A stretch of 64,000 bases of DNA, taken from the NCBI GenBank assembly GCA_019057475.1, contig DXJO01000006.1:96001-160000 (forward strand), in the 5' to 3' direction. Of the stretch, positions 29,668-39,906 are shown piece after piece (within the stretch, counting starts at the first letter, position 1; every line of letters begins with the position of its first letter). The position numbers and the translations under genes are program-made. Below the pieces are notes generated by a model, which was not told where the DNA came from, searched no databases, and was given only the letters and a program-made list of their open reading frames with translations. This stretch comes from Candidatus Thorarchaeota archaeon. Its GTDB lineage: Archaea > Asgardarchaeota > Thorarchaeia > Thorarchaeales > Thorarchaeaceae.

Positions 29668-30532
29668 CACCTAGCTGCCTAGCAATACTCTGAATACGAG
29701 GTGTTGTAAAGCCAAGCATCACTTCGTTTAGGATGACAATAGGCACGACAAAAGCCATCATTAGTAGTGGAAGCCCAATTGTCCAGAAAAGGCTAGTAAT
29801 TGCATTTAATGGAGTAAAGACTCGGCCGTCAACAAGATAGGGTCGTATGAAGAAGTGAACTATGCTTGAAAGCGGAAGTGCAATCACTGAAAACCCGCCT
29901 AGGAAATTACTGTACCATCGACCAACTCCTTCGGTATCTGGGCACGTGCGGACTTTTAGCTGTCCCTCCTTGAGATGAAGGACAATTCCCGAATCATTGA
30001 GAAGCCATGTGGGCATAAAGAACGCCAAGGACACAGGAAGGGCGATTACGGCACTTACGATTGCAAAGAGAGGAGTAATGAATGATCCAACTTCATTTGT
30101 GAGACTTGCGGGATGAATTAGAAAGTAGTCACCAAGCAGATAGATTGACAACTGACCGGAAGAAATGGCGAAGAGGGCCGGAACTGCAGCTCTTCTTAGG
30201 ATTCGATCAATCCCAAACCTGTCGCCCAATTTCACTATATTCTGTTCATATGCTGATGCCTTGAGGACTTTGTTCAGAGCCATGAAAACTGCTGTGAGCG
30301 GGAGCGCCAAGACCACGTACTCTATGAAGATAACTGGGACAATGGCAACCAAGATTGTCCAGACATCTCCCGCCATACTCTCGTGAGCGATGGCTCGGGT
30401 CAGGTCCGCTTCTGGATATGTTCGAACGATGTAACCTGCCAACGTGTTGGCTAACAACAAAGTCAGATAGATGCCTGTTGCCGCCAAGATAGCCGGTACA
30501 ATGAATCTGAGCTTTCCTTCATTCATGCACAT
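29561..30532 (-). CDS. Hypothetical polytopic membrane protein
   Basis: About 6 hydrophobic segments; 323-aa ORF. Confidence 0.55.
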   Translation of the reverse strand: MCMNEGKLRFIVPAILAATGIYLTLLLANTLAGYIVRTYPEADLTRAIAHESMAGDVWTILVAIVPVIFIEYVVLALPLTAVFMALNKVLKASAYEQNIVKLGDRFGIDRILRRAAVPALFAISSGQLSIYLLGDYFLIHPASLTNEVGSFITPLFAIVSAVIALPVSLAFFMPTWLLNDSGIVLHLKEGQLKVRTCPDTEGVGRWYSNFLGGFSVIALPLSSIVHFFIRPYLVDGRVFTPLNAITSLFWTIGLPLLMMAFVVPIVILNEVMLGFTTPRIQSIARQLGAKDVQVVPAETKQYSETEMSDAQENHAYSKGQDQR

Positions 30533-30755
30533 TCCTCAGCTCTATTTCCACAACTGGATTTGTAAGCGTATTGGTGGCCTAATCAATAATAAGGATGATT
30601 TAGAAAATGGAAGAGTCCCTTCGGTTCATCGTTAGCTCTGAGAAACGAAGGCTCTGCCTAGCTTTTTAACAATCTACTTTGAGTTGCCGTCGATCTCGAC
30701 ATCTTCAAAAAAGAGTGTAGGAATTGACAGGAGCCTGCAGACGTAACATCTTGGA

Positions 30756-32393
30756 CTACTCGTTGGTGTAGAATTCAGTGATACTGTCCTCTTCAATCTT
30801 CGAGGGGCTGTGACGAGTTCGCCATTCGTCGACCGGCACTGAGAACTTTTTCTCCACCCTTGATCTGTGAATTGTGTTCATCGTGCAGAATGGGATTATC
30901 CTGCCGTCGGGCACAGCGTAGTTAATGTCGCAGTGCTGCACACGCTCTAGATCTAAATTATAGGGGTCCTGGAAGTGCATCATTCCAATCATGATTACGT
31001 GATTCATGAAATTCGAAAGGGTCAAGTAATCGCCTGTCTTCAGGAACGCCTTCGTCAGCTGACTGAGCATGCCCCTATCCTTGACGTAACGAATACCTGC
31101 CGCAAGTTTGACCTTAGCTCTTTTGCCAGCCCCTTTCTTTTTGTCTGCATAGAGATTTGAGATGTCCACGAATAAATCGATGAACTTGTCAATATCCATC
31201 AAATCTGTAATGGGCCTGTATCTGCCATCGTCGTCGATGTAGATGAAAGTGGACATTCCGCAAGCGAAGTGTGTACAGAGTTCAAGCTGAGGGGTGTTCT
31301 GCATGAAACCCAGTCCGCGACCTAAAGGCATCATCGAGGGCACAGTGTACCATTCCGAGGCTGGTATCTGACCTCCGGTCTGTTCCTCGATTAACTTGAT
31401 GACATCGGGGATTGTGATTCGCATCTCTTTGCGCGCATCATGGTCAATCCGTCCAGTGATACTTACAGGCTGGAAGTTGACACTGCGAACCACATCTCGA
31501 TTCTCCACAGCGAACTCAATGATTTTTCCAACCTGATCATCGTTCATACCGCGAACCACTGTCGGGACCAGGATGAGAGAGAGCTCTCCAACCTCTCGAA
31601 CATTCTGTATTGCCTGCTTCTTTACGGGCAGAATGTTGATGCCTCTGGCTGCAATGTATGGCTCCGGCGTGACGCCATCGAACTGCATGTAGATCGTTGA
31701 GAGGCCCGCATCACGAAGTTCTTGCAGGTACACCTTGCTCTTGCCAATTCTAATGGCGTTGCTTGCAATCATAACATAGTTGAATCCTAGCTGCCTCGCC
31801 CATTTGATGTATTGTGGCAGGTGTTTGCTAACGGTTGGCTCTCCACCCGCAAACTGGATGGCCGGAGGATAGACCGGAAGGTTCCTTCGAAGATTTCTCA
31901 TCATCTCAAGGACTTGCTCCGGCGAGGGTTCATACACAGTGCCTTCTTCTGCAGCTACCGCAAAACAGATTGGACATCGCAAGTTGCAGCGGTTGGTGAC
32001 ATCAATTAAGCCGAGAGCCGTATATGACCTGTGTTCTGGACACTGACCACAGTCCTCAGGACAGCCCTTCACGGTCTTGGTCCTAGGATTATCCAGGCCC
32101 ACTGTCTTATACCACCGTTTCTGGGCCTTTCTCCACATGTCTGCGTCGCCCCAGTAGACGTCAATGAACTCACCGTGCTTCTCGCAGGTCTTCTTGTACA
32201 TGACCTTGCCGTCCTCTTCATAGAGGGTAGCATCTATCACATTTACTTCATCATGCTCCAAAATGCACTCAGGGCAGATGGACTGCGTAGTGTACGGAAG
32301 CTCCTTTTCGGGATGTAGCTCAACATGGTATCTAGAAACGTCCCCATGAGTGAGTGGCTCTTCCGGAATTGGCTTTACTTCATCAGTTGCCAC
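30756..32393 (-). CDS. tes: Tetraether lipid synthase (GDGT macrocyclase, radical SAM)
   Basis: N-terminal CPEC..CEKHG, GCPEDCGQC, CNLRCPIC, QFAGGEP, FQPVSITGR, MMHFQDPYNLDLERVQHC..DGRIIPFC. Confidence 0.85.
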   Translation of the reverse strand: MATDEVKPIPEEPLTHGDVSRYHVELHPEKELPYTTQSICPECILEHDEVNVIDATLYEEDGKVMYKKTCEKHGEFIDVYWGDADMWRKAQKRWYKTVGLDNPRTKTVKGCPEDCGQCPEHRSYTALGLIDVTNRCNLRCPICFAVAAEEGTVYEPSPEQVLEMMRNLRRNLPVYPPAIQFAGGEPTVSKHLPQYIKWARQLGFNYVMIASNAIRIGKSKVYLQELRDAGLSTIYMQFDGVTPEPYIAARGINILPVKKQAIQNVREVGELSLILVPTVVRGMNDDQVGKIIEFAVENRDVVRSVNFQPVSITGRIDHDARKEMRITIPDVIKLIEEQTGGQIPASEWYTVPSMMPLGRGLGFMQNTPQLELCTHFACGMSTFIYIDDDGRYRPITDLMDIDKFIDLFVDISNLYADKKKGAGKRAKVKLAAGIRYVKDRGMLSQLTKAFLKTGDYLTLSNFMNHVIMIGMMHFQDPYNLDLERVQHCDINYAVPDGRIIPFCTMNTIHRSRVEKKFSVPVDEWRTRHSPSKIEEDSITEFYTNE

Positions 32394-32670
32394 GATTGGT
32401 CCACCCCATAATGGAAGTTCAGCCCACGCCCAGCAAGGCCGACTTGTGCCCTAAAACCTGGATTTTTCGGATATAACTTTTGCCCAATGTTTCGGACCGT
32501 CCAAGAAGGAGGATAAAGACAACTTCTGATTTGGATTGCTAACGCACATCGAACGTTTTTAAGAATCTTCTACGATTTATGTTACTAGTTGAACCTGCAA
32601 CTGTCGCAAAGCAAACGTTATATGTGCGCGATTGTGCATTTGATTTACACAACCGCTAGAGGATAATTCG

Positions 32671-33255
32671 ATGGAGTCCGAGAAACTTCTGATTGTGGGA
32701 ATGATCGGTGTCATAATTGTGGTTGGCTTGATTGTTGTTGCCAGCCCATATCTGTTCTTGACGCCCACTGATGGGAACAATGACAATAGCAACGGCTCTA
32801 GTGGAAGTATACCCCGTGACGTTGATCTTCTTGACCGCTCTCTCGAAGTACCGGATTGGAATCTCTTAATGTCGGACGATTCCATAATTGCAATACATGA
32901 ACTCCGGGGCAAGTTTGTGATTGTTGATTTGATGGCGCTCTGGTGTGGTCCCTGTGCTTCTCAGAGCATCGAACTGCTTAAGGTCTACGATAACTTTGAT
33001 TCTGACTCGTTGATCATTATCTCGCTCACGATAGATGATGCAGAAACGATTGAGATGATGGCTGAGTATAAGACGGATAATGACTTGCCATGGCCACACG
33101 GCCTCGATACCAGTGATGTGTTTGGTGACTACTTCTCAGTATCATCCATTCCAACGTTAATAGTAATAGACGACAACGGATACTTTAGATGGGTGCACCC
33201 TGGCCTCTGGACTGAGAGCAGTATCTCCGAAACCCTCTCTCAAATGATGCCCTGA
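32671..33255 (+). CDS. Membrane-anchored TlpA/ResA-like thioredoxin
   Basis: N-terminal TM helix, WCGPC, SIPT. Confidence 0.85.
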   Translation: MESEKLLIVGMIGVIIVVGLIVVASPYLFLTPTDGNNDNSNGSSGSIPRDVDLLDRSLEVPDWNLLMSDDSIIAIHELRGKFVIVDLMALWCGPCASQSIELLKVYDNFDSDSLIIISLTIDDAETIEMMAEYKTDNDLPWPHGLDTSDVFGDYFSVSSIPTLIVIDDNGYFRWVHPGLWTESSISETLSQMMP

Positions 33256-33274
33256 TTGTTGAGTTGTTGAGCTG

Positions 33275-33967
33275 ATGATGCAAGGAGCAATTGAACTGGC
33301 CATCTTCTTGGCAGGGGCTTTCACGACTGGGCTCTATGTAGCTCTCTCACCGTGTCTATTCCCGTTACTTCCGCTATTTCTAATCCGTAGCCTTAATGCC
33401 ACTGATAGCAGAAAGCAGAGTCTTCTTGTAACTGGGGTTCTTGTCCTGGGTTTGATCACATCTCTGGCCGTACTATCTCTCGTAACGACTGTGGTACAGG
33501 CATTCCTGCTGAATCACTTCACTAACCTTCAAGCCGTGATAGGAGGCATAATTGTATTCTTTGGAATACTCACAATGTCGGACACCTTACGAAATGCATT
33601 GCACCTTTCCAGCTTAGCTCCAAAGGTTCAGCCGGGTAATCCAAAGAGTCTTGCAGGTGTTTTTTTGGTAGGGCTTGGCTATTCATTTATGGCAGCTCCT
33701 TGTGCATTCTCTGCAATAGTTGCCATCCCCATCATTTTTGGCGTTCAGTCGAACCCGTTTAACATGATTTTGATGTTTATTTTCCTTTCAATTGGAGTTT
33801 CGATTCCTTATCTAGCAATCGCAGTAGTCACCGGTGAAGGTAGAACGAGGATGGCCATGTCCATGCAACAGCACACACGTAAGGTTGAGATTCTGGCTGG
33901 AATCTTACTGATTGCAATTGGAATCATCCTAATACTCCCTGCCTTTGGGATTACGCTCCTGTACTAA
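33275..33967 (+). CDS. CcdA-family disulfide transporter
   Basis: SPCLFP and APC motifs, six TM helices, next to TlpA. Confidence 0.85.
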   Translation: MMQGAIELAIFLAGAFTTGLYVALSPCLFPLLPLFLIRSLNATDSRKQSLLVTGVLVLGLITSLAVLSLVTTVVQAFLLNHFTNLQAVIGGIIVFFGILTMSDTLRNALHLSSLAPKVQPGNPKSLAGVFLVGLGYSFMAAPCAFSAIVAIPIIFGVQSNPFNMILMFIFLSIGVSIPYLAIAVVTGEGRTRMAMSMQQHTRKVEILAGILLIAIGIILILPAFGITLLY

Positions 33968-33977
33968 TGGCCTTGTT

Positions 33978-34745
33978 TCACAAGAAGAGATTCTCATCCC
34001 TAGACCTGAGAATGTCAGCTACAGAACCATCCTTCTGTTTGTACTCAATACCTCTGATCAAGGCAACCGGTATTCCTTCATTCGCTTGGCCCATCACGAG
34101 TTCTGCCGCAGAGGCGAGTTCGTCAGCTAGACAGACAAGAGAAGACCGCAGCTCTCTACCGTATAGGTCCTTTCTGTTTCTGTTATCCGTGAAGGGGGAC
34201 ATTCCAGCGACTCCTATCGCAAGATTGGTTGCCCCTTTTCTCCAGGGTCGGCCTTGAGTATCGCAGATGATTACGGGTAAGTGGAATCCAAAAACCTTGG
34301 AAAGCTTGACATGAAGTTTGCTGGCTGAATCATCTGGATGCTCTGGCAAAGCGATGAATCTTCCTGTAGGAGCGTTGCTACTGTCGACGCCTGAATAATC
34401 AGTGATAATCCCTTGTCTAGTTTGTGTAACCAGTACAGAGGATTCTCGAATTATCTCTGCTGCCTCGCGAAGAGCAAGTTCTACTTTCTCCGGTTCCTGA
34501 CCCATTTTCTCAGCGAGCATTCTTGCCTTGTCCGAGATATCCATTTCTTCTATTTTGAAGACTCTTCCTTCTGCAACTGATACAATTGTATGTGATACAA
34601 TTAGGATATCTCCTGGCTTCGGTTCTTGAGTGTCTGCTTGAAGGGTCGTCAGTATCAACTCAGATAGGTCGTCCAGCTCCTTCACCAAAGGCATGCCCCT
34701 AAGTGGGATTATCTCAAGACGCTGAGCTCGCATGGGGTCTATCAT
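33978..34745 (-). CDS. cofE: Coenzyme F420-0:L-glutamate ligase
   Basis: IVSVAEGR, GVDSSN, DTQGRPWRKG, DLYGREL, ADELASAAELVMGQ. Confidence 0.9.
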   Translation of the reverse strand: MIDPMRAQRLEIIPLRGMPLVKELDDLSELILTTLQADTQEPKPGDILIVSHTIVSVAEGRVFKIEEMDISDKARMLAEKMGQEPEKVELALREAAEIIRESSVLVTQTRQGIITDYSGVDSSNAPTGRFIALPEHPDDSASKLHVKLSKVFGFHLPVIICDTQGRPWRKGATNLAIGVAGMSPFTDNRNRKDLYGRELRSSLVCLADELASAAELVMGQANEGIPVALIRGIEYKQKDGSVADILRSRDENLFL

Positions 34746-35422
34746 CTCTCTTTGGAGACTTCCGTTTCGCCAATCTCCTTTGCTTCAGGTATCTCATCCT
34801 GCGGTAGCTTTTCAATTGCAGATATGCCTTGATTGATGTTGTCACCTAGTCCTGCTTGTAACCTCAACTCTATTGGTATCGCTTTGTACAGCAGAACTCC
34901 CCCAATGACATTGATGCATGCTTGTACGATATTCCAAGGAAAATACAAGATTGCATCAGCAAGAGCAAATTCGAAAGTTGCCGCGTAGAAATAGGGTGAC
35001 AAAATAAGAGTTGCGAAGAACATGCCTACCGACCTGAATAGAGAAGCTGTCACCACCCAAATGAAAATTTCTGTCCATTCACTCGTCTCACGTCTGCGTG
35101 TTATTTTCTTAGCAAGCACTATTCCCAGAATCGTAAGCAATTCAGCTACGCCCTTGAATGTAGCACTTGCTATTTTTCCTCTGTATGCAATGGAAACCCA
35201 CATGATGAAAATGGTGATGATCGAATAGAAGCCACCCAATCCAAGAAGAACAATCACTAAAGGGATTCCCGTTGGATCGAGGGTGAAGAATCCAACAGTC
35301 CTGATGTCAGTGACTCCAAGAATGGGGTAAGCTTCAAGCATGATGACCATTGCACTGAATAGAGCTAGAAGGGCTATGCTCTTGGAATCCTTACGAACCG
35401 GACTGATTCTTGGCCATTGCAT
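34742..35422 (-). CDS. ECF-type S component-like membrane protein
   Basis: ALFSAM, LDPTGIP, PWNIVQ; about 6 TM helices; ATGA overlap with cofE. Confidence 0.6.
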   Translation of the reverse strand: MQWPRISPVRKDSKSIALLALFSAMVIMLEAYPILGVTDIRTVGFFTLDPTGIPLVIVLLGLGGFYSIITIFIMWVSIAYRGKIASATFKGVAELLTILGIVLAKKITRRRETSEWTEIFIWVVTASLFRSVGMFFATLILSPYFYAATFEFALADAILYFPWNIVQACINVIGGVLLYKAIPIELRLQAGLGDNINQGISAIEKLPQDEIPEAKEIGETEVSKER

Positions 35423-35529
35423 CGGCGCAGTGTGTCTCCTTGTATACTAATTTATGGACCTGTGTAGTTTCACTAAGCAGCCTAAAAACTAGAGAGTATT
35501 AAACGATTGCCAAAGGAATGAGAGAGATA

Positions 35530-35553
35530 GTCCCCGACCCGAAGACCGGGGAC
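35530..35553 (-). terminator. cUUCGg tetraloop hairpin in a pyrimidine-rich 3' region
   Basis: Minus strand GTCCCCGGTC-TTCG-GGTCGGGGAC, 10 bp including two G-U pairs. Confidence 0.55.
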
Positions 35554-35577
35554 AAAGGAGGAGAAAAGAGAATAGTT

Positions 35578-35706
35578 CTATTTGCCTTTCATTGCTTCTG
35601 GGTGATTCTCCATGACATGACTCTTCATTTCCGCTTGGGAGTTGAAGGAATGACTACAGAGCTTGCACTCAAACTTTGTTAATCCATTTCGGGCATAACT
35701 ATCAAT
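35578..35706 (-). CDS. C2H2 zinc-finger microprotein (start codon unresolved)
   Basis: Manual translation IDSYARNGLTKFECKLCSHSFNSQAEMKSHVMENHPEAMKGK*; TATA-like TTTTATAT upstream and hairpin downstream. Confidence 0.65.
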   Translation of the reverse strand: MDSYARNGLTKFECKLCSHSFNSQAEMKSHVMENHPEAMKGK

Positions 35707-35861
35707 TAACTATAGTACACTTAACAATATAAAAGTATTGCGTTTGGGCGTTGAGAAGGTTCTTGTATTCGGAGATCCAGCATTTGGTCCAACATCATAC
35801 TAGCGTATACATTAGGAAACCCTTTTCATACTCAAAGTCGAAAGGTACAGAGTGACCAGCA

Positions 35862-37613
35862 ATGTTTGGTGTCGAAGAAGAAGCATACCCGCTCGAGCAA
35901 ATGATTGACGTTGCTTCAGGCAGAGCGCGCGCAGACCTCGTTCTGAAGAACGCATCTGTGGTCAACGTCTTTACTAATGACATCATTGAGGGTGATGTTG
36001 CCATTCATCGGGGCTACGTCGCTGGTATTGGGAACTACGAAGGCAACTCTGCTATCGATATGAAGGGCAAGTATGTCGCTCCCTCTTTCATTGATGGTCA
36101 TGTGCATATTGAATCATCAATGGTCACGCCCATTCAGTATGCCCGCGCTGTTGTACCACGTGGCACCGGTGCAGTGATTGCAGATCCTCATGAGATTGCG
36201 AACGTTCTCGGCATGGAGGGGATTATGTTCATGCGCAAGAGCATGCGAAGCGGTTTACTGGACTTCTATGTCATGCTGCCATCATGTGTTCCATCAACTG
36301 ATCTAGAAACCAACGGCGTGGCTCTTGATTCCCTAGATATAAAGCCGTTAATGACCGAGCCGTATGTCCTTGGACTGGCCGAGGTGATGAACTATCCAGG
36401 AGTGATCTATAGAGACCCCGCGGTCCTTGGGAAGATTCGGGTTGCAATGCAACACAATAAGCGGATAGATGGTCATGCTCCGGGTCTATCTGGAATGAGT
36501 CTAAACGCTTACGCCGTCGCGCGCATAACCTCTGAACACGAATGCACAACATTAGAGGAGGCCAAGGAGAAACTAGCTGTTGGAATGCAAATTCATATCA
36601 GAGAAGGCTCAACGGCTAAGAATCTCAAGGCCCTTGCGGGAATTCTCAATCCGGGAAGTGCTATGTTCTGTAGCTTCGTAACGGATGATCGTAACACACT
36701 GGATTTGGTCACTAAAGGACACATTGACAGTATGGTGCGGGATGCCATCGCTCTAGGTGTAGACCCAATCGTAGCCATAAAAGCTGCAACGATTTCCACT
36801 GCGAGGCACTACGGTCTCAGACACAAGGGGTCTATTGCTCCAGGTCACAACGCAGACCTCGTAGTTCTTGATAGTCTTAAGAAAGTCAATGTGAAGATGG
36901 TGTTCAAGAAAGGCGAGCTTGTAGCAAAAGATGGTGTGCTAGTTAAGGAGATGGGTGAGATTGAAACCCCGCGCTTAAGAAGATCCGTGAACATCAGCTG
37001 GCTGGAGCCTCACGATTTCCAGGTGAAGGCTGAAGGGGAACTCATGAATGTGATTGGAATGATTCCAAATCAGCTCATAACTGAGCATTTGGTAGAAGAA
37101 ACGTGCATAGTGGATGGTCTGGCTGTTCCTGACATCGACCGCGACCTTGCAAAAGTTTCAATCATAGAACGCCACAACGCGACAGAACCTCACGCCGTTG
37201 GATTCGTAAAAGGGACTGGTATTAAAGAAGGTGCCATGGTATCATCCGTTGCGCACGACAGTCACAATATAGTTGCAGTTGCTACAAATGATCATGACCT
37301 CATCGATGCGGCGATTCAGATAGTGCGGATGCACGGTGGAATAGCGATTGTGCGCGATGGTGAAGTCTTGGAGTCACTTCCCTTGCCTATTGCTGGCCTA
37401 ATGTCGGACCGCTCAATTGAAGAGGTTAGTGAGAAGTTGAAATCTCTGAATGAAGCAGCTCACGTCATCGGCACTACGCTGGACGAACCGTTTATGGCAA
37501 TGGCCTTCCTTTCATTGCCAGTGATTCCCGAGCTCAAGATTTCTGACCTTGGACTGATAGACGTTGAAAAACAACGAATCATAGGTCTCTTTGAAACTCC
37601 AGATGAAGCATGA
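35862..37613 (+). CDS. ade: Adenine deaminase
   Basis: DGHVHIESS, DPHEIANV, LAEVMN, DGHAP, REGS, VTDD, AHDSHN. Confidence 0.93.
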   Translation: MFGVEEEAYPLEQMIDVASGRARADLVLKNASVVNVFTNDIIEGDVAIHRGYVAGIGNYEGNSAIDMKGKYVAPSFIDGHVHIESSMVTPIQYARAVVPRGTGAVIADPHEIANVLGMEGIMFMRKSMRSGLLDFYVMLPSCVPSTDLETNGVALDSLDIKPLMTEPYVLGLAEVMNYPGVIYRDPAVLGKIRVAMQHNKRIDGHAPGLSGMSLNAYAVARITSEHECTTLEEAKEKLAVGMQIHIREGSTAKNLKALAGILNPGSAMFCSFVTDDRNTLDLVTKGHIDSMVRDAIALGVDPIVAIKAATISTARHYGLRHKGSIAPGHNADLVVLDSLKKVNVKMVFKKGELVAKDGVLVKEMGEIETPRLRRSVNISWLEPHDFQVKAEGELMNVIGMIPNQLITEHLVEETCIVDGLAVPDIDRDLAKVSIIERHNATEPHAVGFVKGTGIKEGAMVSSVAHDSHNIVAVATNDHDLIDAAIQIVRMHGGIAIVRDGEVLESLPLPIAGLMSDRSIEEVSEKLKSLNEAAHVIGTTLDEPFMAMAFLSLPVIPELKISDLGLIDVEKQRIIGLFETPDEA

Positions 37614-37657
37614 TTCATCTGTTCAAAGGTTGCATTCGATTCGTTGTGGCGGGCCAA

Positions 37658-38503
37658 TTACATAGAAAGCCCTAGCTTCTCCCCGGCTTTCTTCAGCTGC
37701 TTCCGCTTCTTCACTCCATTGGATATTGCCATTAAAGCTCCAACGAAGATGAGAATTGTAGCAAATAAGAATGCAGAGAATAGAATTTGCACTACTGGCG
37801 GGTTGGGATAGGCACTGAGATTGAAGAAGATACCCCTGTACAATAGATACAAAGCTTCTACGATTATAAGAATCATTAGAGCAATTCCTGCCCCCAGCTG
37901 CCTGCCGTGTAAGTGCACTTGAAGTGATGTCTGAAGCAGTATCGCTCCGAGAAGGTTGCCCACGATGTTCATTCCCACAACCACGAAACCCATTACAATG
38001 ATAGCATCTCCCGGGAATAGGAAGAATGACACACTGCTTGCAACCCCGTAAGGGGTGAAATACTGAATATACAACATGGTGAGGATAAAAATGAGCTCGA
38101 ACACCATCATAATCACAGCTCCGAAACCAGTTACTCGAAGAATAAAATTGTCAGATTTATCTGCCCAGTCCATATTTATGAGTTTCTCGTAATCTTCATT
38201 GATCGGTCGTGCCCATTCGCTCTCAGCAACGCATGTTCTTTTTGTGCAGTTGACGACTGTAAACAACTTGCCCCCATAGTCACCTGCTCTACGGTCCATG
38301 CAATCTTCGCAGATCAAGTCGCCGCAAACTGCACAGGTTGCTTTTGCCAGTGTACCAAGATGATTCACACAGTCTCGGCTTTGACTGGGACCTAAGACCG
38401 GATTTGCGCAATACTCGCATCGATTCACTTTGTCATCATACTGGACGTTGATTGAACCGCCGCAGACCGGACAGATGATTGTTGACTTCAACATCTTGAT
38501 CAT
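37658..38503 (-). CDS. Membrane protein with N-terminal zinc ribbon and B-box-like finger
   Basis: CPVC..CEYC, CVNH..CAVCGDLICEDC, then 4 TM helices. Confidence 0.65.
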   Translation of the reverse strand: MIKMLKSTIICPVCGGSINVQYDDKVNRCEYCANPVLGPSQSRDCVNHLGTLAKATCAVCGDLICEDCMDRRAGDYGGKLFTVVNCTKRTCVAESEWARPINEDYEKLINMDWADKSDNFILRVTGFGAVIMMVFELIFILTMLYIQYFTPYGVASSVSFFLFPGDAIIVMGFVVVGMNIVGNLLGAILLQTSLQVHLHGRQLGAGIALMILIIVEALYLLYRGIFFNLSAYPNPPVVQILFSAFLFATILIFVGALMAISNGVKKRKQLKKAGEKLGLSM

Positions 38504-39906
38504 CTCCTGAAGAAGGTTTCTGTCATCGGCCTATCGCGTTCGTGCTCCCGAGTAAAGGGGGCCTCGCGAAGTTTGGACTCCCTTTTCTTAACCGGGCGAC
38601 CGATCTCAATGCCCTTCTTCCTTGCCTGATCTATGGAGAGGAAATCTGTGCGTCTGATTATTTTCACTGCTTCGATTGTGATGCCTATGAGACCGATATA
38701 GAAGATCAATGGGATGATGACAATTGATCCAAGAAGCAGCAGTATGCCTATGGCAACCGGAATCGCAACAATTGCAACAATGATAACGATAATGATCGAT
38801 GCGGCATTATCACCTCCACTTCCCTTCCCACTACCCTTAGCTACGCTTCCCGCCAATCTAATAGAAAATTCAAGTACGTAACGCATGATGCCTAGATACT
38901 TGCCAAGGAACTTCTTGTAGATTCCTCCCACCCTTGAGAAGCGTCTGCCAGATTGAGAAAATAGCTTATCTATCGGGATTACAAGCGAAGTAGTTGTCAC
39001 AGCAGGCCGGAAACGCCCCTCGAAACAATTCTGGCACAGGTAGACTGTTGAGCCTTCCCATCGCTCATCCACCGGCGGCTCTTGGGCAGTCAGGCACCTT
39101 CTGCAGAAGCGATCTCCACAAACTGCGCAAGTTGTAGCCGCAAGGAACTCCGGATGGTTGTCGCACGGTACGAAAACGCTGCTGACGGCTAGAGTGACTC
39201 CACAGTAACTGCATGGTACTGTGTTGTTATCACCCATCTTCGTTAAAGGAGTGGCTCCACCACAGTTAGAACATAGAATCGCCATCCCTTCATCAGTTTC
39301 TATCCTCCGTATTTCCATGACTCGCTGAGTTTCTTCGGGAGTCAGAATTGATTGTCCGTCAGGGGCTAGTAGATTTGGTGATAGAGGAGTTGGTTGGAGA
39401 CCATCTTCAATCATCCTGGCTTTTCGCCGGTCTCTTACAATCACAGCGCCTAGTGGAGGAACAACGTAGTTCCAACGAATGACAAGATACAGAGCGAAGA
39501 TTGCTTCTACAACAACGATGAGGAGTGCCACATTTCCAATAGCTAAGATTATTTCCGTTTCGAAAAGTGGAATTGTCCAGAAGTATCCAATGCCTCTGAT
39601 GATGAGAAACGAACCGGCTGCAATCACAGCAAATGTGCTATAGAAGACCTGGGCAAATACTGCATTTCGCCTGAGGTCATCGACGTAATTTCCGATGACA
39701 AGGCTAGGAATAGCTGCCCCGAAGATGATAAGCAATACGTAGACTAAACCCAACTCGGCAATCTCAGGTACTCCAAGTTGCCATGCAACGAAGATGCCCA
39801 CGGCCCCGACAGCGGCTAGAACGCCGAAGGTCATTTGCGTAATGCCGATGAGTCTAAGGCCCCCCGGTCGGTCAAAAATGGTATCCATCTCTGATTCTTC
39901 TGTCAA
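38500..39906 (-). CDS. Membrane protein with central zinc ribbon and B-box-like finger
   Basis: 4 TM helices, CSNC..CSYC, CDNH..CAVCGDRFCRRC, CQNC, C-terminal TM hairpin. Confidence 0.65.
   Translation of the reverse strand: MTEESEMDTIFDRPGGLRLIGITQMTFGVLAAVGAVGIFVAWQLGVPEIAELGLVYVLLIIFGAAIPSLVIGNYVDDLRRNAVFAQVFYSTFAVIAAGSFLIIRGIGYFWTIPLFETEIILAIGNVALLIVVVEAIFALYLVIRWNYVVPPLGAVIVRDRRKARMIEDGLQPTPLSPNLLAPDGQSILTPEETQRVMEIRRIETDEGMAILCSNCGGATPLTKMGDNNTVPCSYCGVTLAVSSVFVPCDNHPEFLAATTCAVCGDRFCRRCLTAQEPPVDERWEGSTVYLCQNCFEGRFRPAVTTTSLVIPIDKLFSQSGRRFSRVGGIYKKFLGKYLGIMRYVLEFSIRLAGSVAKGSGKGSGGDNAASIIIVIIVAIVAIPVAIGILLLLGSIVIIPLIFYIGLIGITIEAVKIIRRTDFLSIDQARKKGIEIGRPVKKRESKLREAPFTREHERDRPMTETFFRR

Noticed and set aside
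30613-30654. Hairpin downstream of tes considered as a SECIS element
   Set aside because: No clear AUGA/GA core, and I found no in-frame TGA selenoprotein candidate nearby; the C_GCAxxG_C_C protein uses Cys
30756-33967. Functional link between tes and the divergent TlpA/CcdA pair
   Set aside because: Adjacency only; both are established families and nothing in the sequence ties them together
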